This document shows, piece after piece, positions 35,875 through 48,109 of a DNA stretch of 64,000 nucleotides. Position 1 is the first letter of the stretch, and the number at the start of each line of letters is the position of its first letter. The DNA is taken from the NCBI GenBank assembly GCA_043228905.1, contig JBHGNT010000049.1, positions 62,001 to 126,000 on the forward strand, written 5' to 3'. The notes under the pieces are model-generated. The model was given only the letters and a program-made list of their open reading frames with translations, was not told the DNA's origin and ran no database searches. Both the position numbers and the translations under genes were made by a program. The stretch is from Azolla caroliniana. Its lineage: Eukaryota; Plantae; Polypodiophyta.

Positions 35875-37506
35875 ATGAGGGAGGAAATGCAAGAGATTTG
35901 CCTACATCCCAATGGGCATACCATTGTTAAGTTGTTGAAGAGTTGTGCTAAATTGAAAGATCTAGAAAAAGGATTGAAGCTACATGCACATATTGTGAAA
36001 AGAAATTTATTGAAAGGTAACGTCTTCATTGGCACTGCTTTGGTCGATATGTATGGAAAATGTGGTGAAATAGCAAAAGCACAAGACGCATTTGATCAAC
36101 TTCAGATTCATGATGTGATATCATGGAATGCATTAATTGCAGGATATGTTCGACAAGACATGGCCGAGGAAGCCTTGAACTGTTTCGAGCAAATGCAAAT
36201 ACATGCGGTTTTACCTGATGCAGCCACTTTCTCTTGCACTTTGAAAGCTTGTGGTGTCCTTAAAGACATAGAAAAAGGAGGTCAAATATGTGCTTTAATT
36301 GAAAGGAAAAGACTCTGGGAGACCAGTTTACCTGCAGGGAATGCCATGATCGATATGTATGTGAAATGTGGGTTTCTTGAGAAAGCACAAGAGGTGTTTC
36401 ATAAGCTTCCAGTTTGTAATGTCATCTCATGGACTGCATTGATATCAGGATATGTACAACACGAGTATATGGAGGAAGCTCTTCATTGCTTTTGTCAAAT
36501 GAGGGTTCGAGGAGTGTCTCCAGATGTGGTCACATATTCTTGTGTTTTGCAAGCTTGTGGTGTTGTAAGAGACTTAGATATGGGCGAAGAAATGTTTTCT
36601 GAAATCAAGCGAAAAGGTATGCTCGAAGAAGATCAAGTTGTTGGTGTTGCAGTGATTGACATGTACACTAAATGTGGCTCTTTAGCAAAGGCACATGAAG
36701 TTTTTGAGATGTTACCCATCCAAAACTTGGTATGTTGGACTACATTAATAGTAGGATATGTGCAACATAGGTATGCCGAGGAAGGGCTAGTTTGTTTCGA
36801 ACAAATGAAGATCCAAGGAGTTTCTCCTGATGCAGTTACTTTTGCGTATGGCTTAAAAGCATGTGGAAGTATTGGGGCACTAGATAAAGGTATGGAATTA
36901 CATGATGATATTGTACATAAAGGAATGATAGAAAACCATATTGTTGGTAATGCACTGATCGACATGTATGCCAAATGTGGTATGGTAACAAGAGCACGAG
37001 AAGTATTTGATAACCGTTCTGTTCGGGATATAATCGCATGGAACTCATTGCTTACAGGGTATTCTCAGCTTGGAGACCTTGAAAATGTTGTCGAAATGCT
37101 TGATACGATGAATGAAAAAGGCATAAAGCCAGGTTTGATTGCATTCACTTGTGTTCTTAATGCATGTAGCCATGCTGGCCTTTTGAATCAAGGCTATATG
37201 TTTTTTAACTACTTTCTTGAATATTATTCTATGGTTCCAACCTTTGAGCATTTTACATGTATGATTGATCTCTTCGGAAGAGCGGGTCAATTAGATATGG
37301 CACTAGAAATAGTGGCGAAAGCTCCTTGTTGTCCAAATATGTTCATGTGGGCAGCTATATTGGGTGCTTGTCGGAAGTGGAACAAAGTAGACCTTGCAAG
37401 AAATGCCTTTGAACATGCAATGCCCATGGGTGAAAAAGAAGTTGGAGCTTATATTTGTATGCTCAATATCTACGGGCAAGATGATAGAATGCCAAAGCAA
37501 GAATGA
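35875..37506 (+). CDS. PLS-class pentatricopeptide repeat protein with E1 and truncated E2, no DYW (putative organellar RNA-editing specificity factor)
   Basis: 543-aa ORF with 14 motifs L-S-(P-L-S)x3-P2-L2-S2 (xALVDMYxKCG, SWNALIAGY, TFSCTLKAC, LNACSHAGL, HFTCMIDLFGRAG), then WAAILGACRKW and AYICMLNIY. Confidence 0.92.
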   Translation: MREEMQEICLHPNGHTIVKLLKSCAKLKDLEKGLKLHAHIVKRNLLKGNVFIGTALVDMYGKCGEIAKAQDAFDQLQIHDVISWNALIAGYVRQDMAEEALNCFEQMQIHAVLPDAATFSCTLKACGVLKDIEKGGQICALIERKRLWETSLPAGNAMIDMYVKCGFLEKAQEVFHKLPVCNVISWTALISGYVQHEYMEEALHCFCQMRVRGVSPDVVTYSCVLQACGVVRDLDMGEEMFSEIKRKGMLEEDQVVGVAVIDMYTKCGSLAKAHEVFEMLPIQNLVCWTTLIVGYVQHRYAEEGLVCFEQMKIQGVSPDAVTFAYGLKACGSIGALDKGMELHDDIVHKGMIENHIVGNALIDMYAKCGMVTRAREVFDNRSVRDIIAWNSLLTGYSQLGDLENVVEMLDTMNEKGIKPGLIAFTCVLNACSHAGLLNQGYMFFNYFLEYYSMVPTFEHFTCMIDLFGRAGQLDMALEIVAKAPCCPNMFMWAAILGACRKWNKVDLARNAFEHAMPMGEKEVGAYICMLNIYGQDDRMPKQE

Positions 37507-38074
37507 ACTAACTTGGGTTGTTTGAAATTGTTTCATTTGTGTGCCAAAAGGTAATATACATACATTCATTCATATGCATAAACAAATATAATAATACTTT
37601 GAAGGCTCCTATTTCTAAAATTTCTCCTAACTTGGAGATATCTGAACCTTGAGTTTCAAAGCTTAAAAGTAATTTCGAATATTGCCAAGTTTATGACTAT
37701 CGGACCACGGTTTACATGGACTAAATTAGGTCATAAATCTTTATGAAACCACCTTCAATTAGCTAATATGGTTTCCTTTATCAAGTTTAATTAAGTTAAA
37801 CTGAAACATAAAAGGGATGGCGTAAACAAACTTTGATACATTTCAATAAGTAGAGTGTATAAGTAGTATTACCTATGTTCAAGTCAATTAAGCAAGTTCA
37901 TTACTATGATTCAAGGGAAGCATCACCTTAAGGCATGTTTCCTAGATGATAGTAAATTTGGTATGAGCTATCTTAACTCTCTTAGGACGTGATTCTCAAT
38001 TTGGGACATGTTACATCACCGGTGATTCTAGTTGACTTATCACATCGACAATTGAATCAAATAAATATGCATAG

Positions 38075-38260
38075 AATCATGCTTGTAAAGTATACAATCA
38101 CTAATCAATGCATAAAAGTATCGTATAAAATCACTAATCAATGCATAAAATCATGCTTGTATAGTATACAATCACTAATCAATGCATAGAAGTATCATAT
38201 AAAATCACTAATCAATGCATAAAATCATGCTTGTATAGTATACAATCACTAATCAATGTA
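38075..38260. repeat. 74-bp tandem repeat (2.5 units)
   Basis: AATCATGCTTG at 38075, 38149 and 38223; internal AATCACTAATCAATG five times. Confidence 0.9.
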
Positions 38261-38599
38261 TCCAATGAGCCTTGAGGTATCAATATTAGAACTTCCATAG
38301 GAATAAATCCATGTTTGTATTACTATCCACTCTTGAAATGTAGTCTTGCTTTCTAATATATATGAACCGAATTGTTACAATGATCTTAATGTTTTTTGTT
38401 ATGTATATGAGAAAATTTATTGTTCTTTTCTTGTTTTAATCCAAACAATAGTTGCTTCATCAATGTTTATTGGTAAAAAGCTAATGCTTAAAACCAATTG
38501 TAGTCATGAGATGACTTTGACCCTTGTAGGTTTTAACAAGACTTTTACTACATAAAACACATTTTGCAATATTAATAATACTTTCTCTCTTCTTTTTTC

Positions 38600-41250
38600 A
38601 CGACAACCATGGAAGACGAGGTGGATTACATATTTTCTCATTTTTCTATCTATAACAATTGATAGGCTGGGATGGAAATACAAATGAATTATTTAAGGTA
38701 TTTATTGAGCAACTAAAACGTCCTACTATAATATTGTTTGAAGAACAGTAGAGTTTTGGGAAGATACACAATTCATGGAAAGTTTGACTTATTAAACTTC
38801 TACCAAATTTGCCAATGTAGTTGCGAGGACAATACCTTTGAATGGTGGACTGACCAAGACAATAACTTTGCCACAATCAATATGGCAAAGAGGCCCTCTT
38901 ATTTTCCCTTTTTCAATTTATCTTTAATATCTTTAAAGTTCTTAAACCTATAATGTTGAAAGTGGATATGGATAAGAAGTAATGAAAGGTCTAGGGAAAT
39001 GAAAAGCCCTAGAATGGGATGGAAGTAGAATCTATACTTGAATGCGATAGGCCAAAATATATATGATAAACAAATCATCGTTAGAATGTAGTGTGCCATC
39101 TCATGGAATGAAAGTTTAATTAAAATCTTTCTTAAAAGAAAGCTACGTGACACATTTGACGACAAGAGATCCATCACATTAATACTAGTAATTTATAAGC
39201 TAGTAGATTGTGGCCAAAATGTTAGTCGATAGAATCAAATAATGTTTTGTCAAAGGAGTTCATGTGAACAGATACGAGTTTATAACTCATTGCCATATCA
39301 TGGATAATATTTCAGATGCTTTCTTTGGAATGGAATATGTAAAATATACATAAATAGAAGATATTATGCAAGTTAATATAGAAAAAGCCCTTCACACTTT
39401 ACAATGGAACTTTATAGGCTCAATAATGATAAGATTGGGATTTGGATAAAAATTGTCAAAGATCATCTATTGGCTACACCAAAAAACCTCATTAGCATGT
39501 AATATTGATGGATGTATAATAGATTCATGGACATTAATCAAATCAATAAGACAAGGTTGTCCATTAAGTGCCCTCTAATATGACATTGCCACAAATCCAC
39601 TTCAATACATACACAATTTCGCGGAAGTTAGTTTTTAGCAAGTTATAGATGTCCAATGATGAATGATTCTCAAATCACGCCTATGCTATGAATACTTTTT
39701 TTACATCTTATAATGATTCACACAATATGCACATGATTATGGATGGTTTACAATTATACAGCATGCACCAAGGCTAAAAGTTAGCTTGAGAATATCCACT
39801 TCAATACATAAACAATTTGGTCCAAGTTGGTTTTTAGCAAGTTATAGATGTCCAATGATGAATGATTCTCAATTCAAGCCTATGCTACGAATACTTTTTT
39901 ACGTCTTATTCACACAATATGCACATGATTATGGACGGTTTGCAATTATACAACATGCACCAAGGTTAAAAGTTAGCTTGAGAATATCCAAGTTACTAAC
40001 CTCAACATATATGTGTGACATAACTTGTTGATATGGCTAGGAGATGCATCATATATGCAATCCTATCTACCTTTGATAAATTGGTCCAAAAAGCCACTTC
40101 AAAACATCATGTGAGATAGATATTATAGAACATTTTGGAGTGCAAAACATGTGGGTAAAGGTTAACAATTGACGTCATGTGATAAAATTTAGGCAATGAA
40201 GTTGTCGGGAGGTATAAAATGCACCAATTTGAATTTTCACACCTTAGCAAGGAAAGCAATAATGATCATGGAATTGGAAAAGGAAACCCAATGGTGGACA
40301 AAAATGTTGGTAGATATGGGCAAATGCTTGAAATCAAACTTCTTTAGATCTTGGACCACCATCCTTTTGTATGTAGTATTTGATAACAATGATGCCACTA
40401 CGTATTGTACGATCTCCGTTCACCACAAAATGGGAAGATTGCCACACAATATATGCAATGGAATAGAATGGTATCAAGATATGTTAATTCAATGCAATTG
40501 GAGAGTGTTCACTAGAGTAAATTAGTAAATTAAAGAACCCACTCTGTCATATTTTATTTCTAAAAAGGGTATTTACCATATCAAGGATCTAATGACGAAT
40601 GTTGATAATTTGATATGGCTAAATGTGCGAGCAAATACGTATAAACTACATCATTCTCAAAGAGAAATTTGGCATACAATAGAGGATTTAGCATGATTGT
40701 TTTCATGATTACTGCCTAATTATTGGCTCTATAATTCTACCAATGAATCAAATTATTACCAACAAGATATATTAGTTGCTTGTTCTCGCTCCAAGGATAA
40801 AACAAACATGGTGATCCGATATTTTTGTATGATAAAACAAACAATGGAGTATAGTTAAGTCATGCTCTCGAGGCAAACAATATTTTTACATGTTGATATG
40901 CCATTGAAAGAACGATTATTCCAATGGTCCTCCTTATGTGGGGCTTTGTTAATTGTGTACTTCTTTAACAAAGACACATTGCCATAGCAAGATGCAAAAC
41001 TGGTTTGAAGCAATTAATCACTTGCTCTTGAATTCTCTCAACATTAAGCAATTCTTGGATAGGGTAAGTGAACACGTCTTTAGCCATTTACCAATATTTT
41101 ATTTTGGAAAGAATGGGTATTTGGTCTCTTTTAAGTCGCTTCGCAATAAGTCCAATCAATTTGGTAAGATTTTGGGGATTATGAACTACATGGATATCAT
41201 GTGGCCATGTGTTATTCAATCAACTCACTCTAATTTAATTCTTCTTCTTT
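38600..41250 (+). pseudogene. Degenerate L1-type LINE ORF2
   Basis: QVNIEKALHTLQWNFI..RLGFG and SIRQGCPLS; contains a 199-bp tandem duplication at 39595-39990. Confidence 0.65.
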
Positions 41251-41399
41251 GAGCATTCTCTCAAGCAATGAGGTTTCCCACAAGCTATATTAGGCATTAC
41301 TAAAAAGAAACAATCCATTGATCAATCAAGAAGTAATTATTGTTGGTTCCATACCCTACTTTTTTTCCCAAAAAGATTTCCTTCATTAGTATTAAGAAA

Positions 41400-43731
41400 A
41401 ACGCCGGAAGGCTACAAAATGTACAATTAGAGAGTGTTATATACAAAAATGATAATCAGGGCAAGGGCTAGGGATGATGATATTTCCAGATTGGTCCTTG
41501 AGAGGAGACCGTGAATAGAGACAACTTCCTCCATAATTGCAGTAATTTTTTCCTTTTCTTAAGAACAACCTCCGAAGAGCCTGACATATTGTCATATTGC
41601 CCATGCACTACCGCCAATAAGCTCTCCCATAATTCTGGCAATATATCTAAGAGAAGGGGAATTATGGAATCATATCGTCTTTTACAACGATACTTCCATA
41701 AGGTTCATAATGTAACCGTAGATATTGTTTTCCATACATGGGGTGCACACATTTGCTTTTGAGGTTGCTGAAAAGGGGAGACAGATATTAGATGCATGTT
41801 GATGACTGTCTTAGCCTCTAGAGCATCATCTGCCTCATACAATAAGAGACTGGAATGGAGAACCCCCCATACCGCTGATCCCCAGGAGAAGAGGCAACCT
41901 GCATTAATTGTCTGGAATAATGAAAGAACTTTATTCCATACCAGTTGGGCTAGTGAACAGGACCAGAGAGCATGCTTGGTAGTTTCCTTAAAGTCACCGC
42001 AATAACTACATTGTCTAAGAACGGTTGCCACATTTCCTTTCAATGACTGACCTACTGGTAGTGCTGCATGTAGTAAGAGCCATCTGAAGAGAATGTATTT
42101 TGTTGGTTCCCTAAAAGACCAAATCCATTTCCAATAAGTCTTCAAATGATTGCTTGAAACACCCCACTTATTCCAGTGTTTTTGAGCCGACGGCAAACTC
42201 TAGGAGAGAGTGGACTTCAGGAAATCACAAAGTGTGTCCCCAAGGAGGAAAGGAGGAGGGAACTTGGGAGGAAGTTTCCACCCTCCTTTCGGCCTCTGGG
42301 GTTAAACAAGCCGCAGGAGTTGGAATATTCTTAGACATGAGTAAGGTTCTACCAAATTTCATAGTATATTGAAAGAACGGAACTTTCTGCATTGGATCCA
42401 TCATGGAACTAGTCCAAAACCATTCCCCTGGGTCCCACATCAGCCTATTAATTGGTTGTCGTGCATATAACCAAAGCATATCCCACAAATGAGCTATTGA
42501 AGGATATGCTTTGGTTATATGCACGACAACCAAAAAAATCTTGATTACATCCCATGCTCTGACGATTCCCATGAGAAATCTATTGGATGTTAGATTCCAT
42601 CTCGGTGTCTGTACATCTGTCAAGAACATCCATTTCAAAGAAGGCAACCGGTTTCCTCCTATCTTGGGAGATAATTGCATCAGTTGATTAAGCAACATAC
42701 CCTTCCATGCCTCTGTCCCTGGAAACGGTCCTCTGACTACAAACTTTGTCAAGAGAGCTTGAGATTGTATCAAGGGATCTATTAAAGCTAACCCTCCCTG
42801 GCTTTTTGGCCTAATCAAAACATCCCATGCCACCTTGGCCACTGCACGAGACCCATTTTTTACACCCCAGAGGAAGTTATGTATGAGGCTTTGAACTTTC
42901 ATGATTGCCGACCTAGAGAACAACCAAGCAGATGTGATAAACCACATTGAGGCCAACAACACCGAATTTGCAATGACAACCCGACTTGCAAAGGATAACT
43001 GCTGCGAGTTCCAATATACCAACTTACGCTTGAGTGATAACATCAATGGTGACAACATAAATTCAGATTGTAAATCTATACCAACAAGACAACCTAAGTA
43101 ACGAATGGGCTCCCCATGATTAAGCCAGTGGAATGCAGGGCCTGGATACCACTCTGGACGCAGTTCATCATTGGCCCAAAGGCCTACAGATTTATTCCAA
43201 TTGAGAGAGGCTCCAACAACATCTGAAAATATCTGCAAAGCATTTTGTACCTGATCAAGATTAATACCATTCTACGAATATAAAGAGCAGTGTCATCCGC
43301 AAACTCAACATCAAGAACTTTCTAGTCTGCAATAGGCAAGGATATTGCTTGGATGACCGCCGTCGAGGATCTAAGAAAAGATTATAGAGCTTCCCCAAAT
43401 AAAATGAAAAGAAATTGTGCTAACGGACAACCTTGTCGAACAGATCTGGAGATTGGAAATAATATACCATTGCCTCCTGAAAATAGAACTGAACTAGAAG
43501 CATGTCTATATAATGCAGACACACCTTTTATCCATGCACTTGGAAACCCTAATCTTAATAGAACTTCCTCCAAAAAGTCCCAATCTACTTTATCATATGC
43601 TTTCTCAAAATCTAATAATAGTATAGCAAGGGACTATTTGTGATGTTGAGCCAATGTGATCATCTACCAGAAAAGGAAGATATTGTCAAAGATGCTTCTG
43701 TCTTGAAGGAATTCTGATTGTGTATCATGTA
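41400..43731 (-). pseudogene. L1 ORF2, RT and C-terminal half
   Basis: ORFs 43382-43573, 42225-43238 and 41705-42196 separated by stops and frameshifts. Confidence 0.9.
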
Positions 43732-44128
43732 TGTACACGTAAGTGTTTGCGGAAGCGTAAAACAGAGAACAACAAAGAGAGAGAGGGAGGGAGAGACAGA
43801 GAGAGCAGAACGTAATTTCAAAATTATATTAAGACTCTATACACACACTGTGCTAAGTAGCACTATTTATACAAGTCCTCTTGGGACTGACAGAAGTACC
43901 ATGTACTTCAATGCTCACACGAGCATCTGACACTTACTACGAGACTATAGCTACCTAGTAGTCTATCCTATACTAGGCTTCCGATTGGACTTCCGGTTAC
44001 GGATTGCACCCGGCCTCCACTGCTTGCCGGTTCGGTTGCTCATCGTCATTCCGATCCGTTTCGCCCGATCCGTCTCGCTTACCGGCTCCGGCTTATTCAG
44101 CCGATCCGGCTCCGGTTGAGCTTGCCGC

Positions 44129-47100
44129 TCAACACTCCCCCTCAAGCTCAACCTGAGGTGGGGTCGTAGTGTCGACCTCTGTGGCAGTCGATTCTTCCAA
44201 CCGACTTCTCCTGGCGTCACTCCGCCTTGCTCGCGCTCCTCGTCCGGTCCGGTCCCGTTTGCCGCGACCCCTTTGGTTCTGCGCGCCTCGACCCTCTCGG
44301 TCGGCATGTCTGCTCAATAGGCCCATCTCAGCACTCACGTTGCTGTGACTCCGGCGCTTGCCGATCCGTCGGTTCTCCCACGATGGCAACGACTTCCGCT
44401 GTGTCCGTGTCCCCTTGGCCTTCAGTCGATCAGACTCATCCGGATCCATCTGTTGATCCGAGTCAGCTGTCTCCGACTCGTTCCAGCTCTTGTCCGAATC
44501 GGTACACTCCGATTCGACTTCCGGCTTCAGGCCTCTCACCACATCGGACCACTTCCATGTCTTGTCCTTCTCCATGCTTCCCTCGGCTTCTTCAGCCGGT
44601 GAACCGAAATCGAATTCTTCATTCGACTCCGTATCATGGTCAGTACCGTCGTGATGACCTCCGCATAGCATGCACTTCTCTTCCTGAGTGCACAACTCTT
44701 CTTCACAGCCGCTTGCTCCGACCTGTTCGGATGTGTCGACTTCCTTCGTCGACTCGGCTTCCTTCATCTTCTTGTCTCCTCTTCTTCTGGCTCTCCCCTT
44801 ACCGACGGGTTCAACCGGTTTAGAGACTTTGCCCTTGCTTCTCCCCCTCAAGTGCGGCACGTCGAGATGCTGAACACCAAGCATGTCGGTAAAGTGTTGC
44901 AACTTGTCCGATCCGAGTGGCTTGGTGAAGATGTCGGCAACTTGTCGATTCGTATGAACATACCGTAGGTCAACTTCACCGCTCAACACCCGCTCACGCA
45001 CGAAGTGGTAGTGCACCTCGATGTGCTTTGTGCGAGCATGGAACACAGGGTTCCTGGCGAGCTGCAGGCTGCTCATGTTATCGCAGTAAATCGGGACCGG
45101 GGTCGGTACCTCGATCCGCAAGTCTCGCAGCAGTCGCCGAAGCCAAATGGCTTCACAAATGGCAACGGTAGCGGCCCGGTACTCAGCCTCAGTGCTTGAC
45201 AAAGCCACTGTGGGCTGCTTCTTGCTGCTCCACGCAACGGCCGCGCTACCTATGGAGAACATGTATCCGGAAGTGGAGCGGTGATCAGATGCATCGCCGG
45301 CCCAGTCAGCATCTGTGTAACCGACAAGCTCTTCAGGTATACCTCGCCGGAACGGCCGCGCTACCTATGGAGAACATGTATCCGGAAGTGGAGCGGTGAT
45401 CAGATGCATCGCCGGCCCAGTCAACATCTGTGTAACCGACAAGCTCTTCAGGTATACCTCGCCGGTATAGCAGTCCCCGGTCCTTAGTGCCGCTGACATA
45501 CCGTAATATACGGTGCACGCACTGAAGGTGCTCCACAGTCGGCTTCTGCATGAACTGACTTACCATGCCGACCGGATAGCTGATGTCGGGTCGAGTGATG
45601 GTTAAGTAGATCAGGCTTCCGACAACCTGTCGGAACCGTTTCTCATTGCAGGCCGGTCCGGAGTTGGGACGGAGCTTCTGGTTCTGGTCCAGGGGCATGG
45701 AGACAGGTCGGCAATCCGTCATGCCGAACTTATACAACATATTCAACACGTAATGTCGTCGTGAGAGCAATATGCCGTCGGGGGTCCGAATCACTTCGAT
45801 CCCAAGAAAATAATGAAGGTCCCCCAGGTCCTTCATTTCGAATGCGTCCGACAATTGGGACTTGACGCGGTTGATTTCGGGAAGACCCGGTCCGGTGATG
45901 ACTAAATCATCCACATACAAGAGTATACATACCGGACCGTCAGAGCCTTGCCGGATGAACAACGAAGAGTCCGACTTAGAGACAGCAAACCCCAGCTTAC
46001 GCAATCGGTGCGTGATCTTCGCGTTCCAAGTTCGGGGGGCTTGCTTCAAGCCGTAAAGCGACTTCTTCAGTCAGCATACCGCCGATTTGTTCATCTCCGA
46101 TTGAAATCCGGGGGGTTGAGTCATAAAGACTTCTTCTTCAAGCTCTCCTTGAAGGAAGGTGTTCTTCACATCCATCTGGTGAAGATGCCACCCCCTTGCC
46201 GCAGCAACCGCCAGTACCACACGAATCGTCGTCATCTTCGCCACAGGAGCGAAGGTCTCGTCGTAATCGATTCCGTGGGTCTGCGCGTATCCCTTCGCCA
46301 CTAACCGGGTTTTGTACCGGTTAACAGAACCGTCGACGTTGTACTTGACCTTGTACACCCACTTGCATCCGATCGGTTTACAGTGACGGGGAGGATCAAC
46401 TAGGTCCCAAGTTTCGTTGGCATCAAGTGCCCGCATTTCTTCGTCCATAGCGGCACGCCAATTTGCGTCTTTTTCCGCTTATGCGTAGCTCTCCGGCTCA
46501 CGCACGTCTATTACCTTAGACATGTACGCATAATGATGCGCCATGTATTCATTGTACCCGTACCGCATGACGAGATCCTTCTGGCGGGTTGATCGGCGCA
46601 ACGCACCGTCACCTGATTTGAGGCCCTTCTTGGCCAATTCGGTCTTCGTTGCTGAAGATCCGCCTTTCTCCTTTCCGGAGTCGGATACGCACTGATCCGA
46701 CTCATCGTTGCCGGTTTCGAATTCCGGCATCTTCCTCTTCCCCTTCTCTTTGCGCGTGAACCGTTTCCTTTGTTCCCTGCGCGGGGAGAGCACGACAGAG
46801 TCTCCACCACTTGCCGTCTCTTCATCTGACTGGTCCAACCGACTCAGTCGCTCGTTCGGGCCACTCAACCGCAACGATTCCGGACTCTCATCTTGAGTCC
46901 CGGCTTCATCATCCTCTTCCAAGACTGATTCAGGCTCACTGGCCTGATCTTCCGGCATTGGGTCGGGATCGGAAGTCGGAGTCGGTACGGAGTATCAGGA
47001 TGCCGATTCATCGAACTCGACATCCCGGCTAACTCGGACTTCCTTCGTCCGGGGGTTATAGCACTTATACCCCTTTTGCTCTGGAGCATAGCCGACTAGG

Positions 47101-47308
47101 ATGCATTTTTCCGATTTTGCATCCAACTTTCTCTGCTTCTGATCCGGCACATGCACATATGCTATGTTGCCGAATATCCGAAGGTGTCTTAAGTTCGGCT
47201 TGCGCCCGAAATACAGCTCATGAGCTGACACCTTGTCACCAATGCGGTTTTGTATGTAGACGGCTGTCTGGACCGCCTCTGCCCAGTAGAACCGGGGCAT
47301 ACTCTTCT
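44129..47308 (-). pseudogene. pol: copia-A pol 3' part (IN end, RT, RNase H, long C-terminal extension)
   Basis: YVDDLVI, SSTEAEY, HIEVHYHFVRE; frameshifts include a 115-bp tandem duplication (45236-45350 / 45351-45465). Confidence 0.92.
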
Positions 47309-47905
47309 TGTCGAATACATGTGTATAATGGACGTATTCACACGTGTGACGCGGCTGCTTGTTTGCCATACTGGCAATGCTCGCAGAATTGATGGTCCGA
47401 GAAGGAGAGTTTGGGGATGTATCCGGCTCTAGATAGGTGCGTGATGCCGGCCTTGCTGAGGTGTCCTAATCTTCGGTGCCATAGTGATGACACAGGAATA
47501 TCCACCAAAAACAGGTTACCCTCTCTGAGCGTAACATGTAACGGATACAATGAGTGTATCTTGGGTCCTCTAGCAAGCAGGAGGTTCCCCCTGTGGAGTG
47601 TCCACCCTCCCGAAGAAAAACCGGCACGAATGCCGTCTTCATCTAGTTGTCCGACTGAGATCAATGGCCTTGAGAGCTCGGGTACATGTCGGACATTGTG
47701 GAGTACAAGTGTTGAGCCGCCTGCAAGGTTGAGCTCTACTGTGCCGATTCCGATGATGTCACAGTGTTGCGAGTTACCGACTCGAACTGAGTCGGAGTGA
47801 CGGATCGTATATTGCCGAAATTGGGATCGATGAGGAGTCACGTGAAATGACGCGCCCGAATCTAAGAGCCATGTGCTCGACTCTTCAGTCGTGAGTAGAA
47901 CTTCT

Positions 47906-48075
47906 TGTCGAATACATGTGTATAATGGACGTATTCACACTATCCCGTTTTGTCCATTTATGTAATTAGCATAAAGGGCAGTTGCCCTAAGTCGGTCCCT
48001 ATATATAGTGACCTTGTAACCTCTTTGTGGGGTTGGCTTGTTGTATTCTTGTTTATGAAATAAAGACTCTTTTGT

Positions 48076-48109
<34 letters not shown>

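Noticed and set aside
37506-37900. DYW deaminase domain downstream of the PPR
   Set aside because: No PG box, HxE, CxxC or DYW motif visible after the stop.
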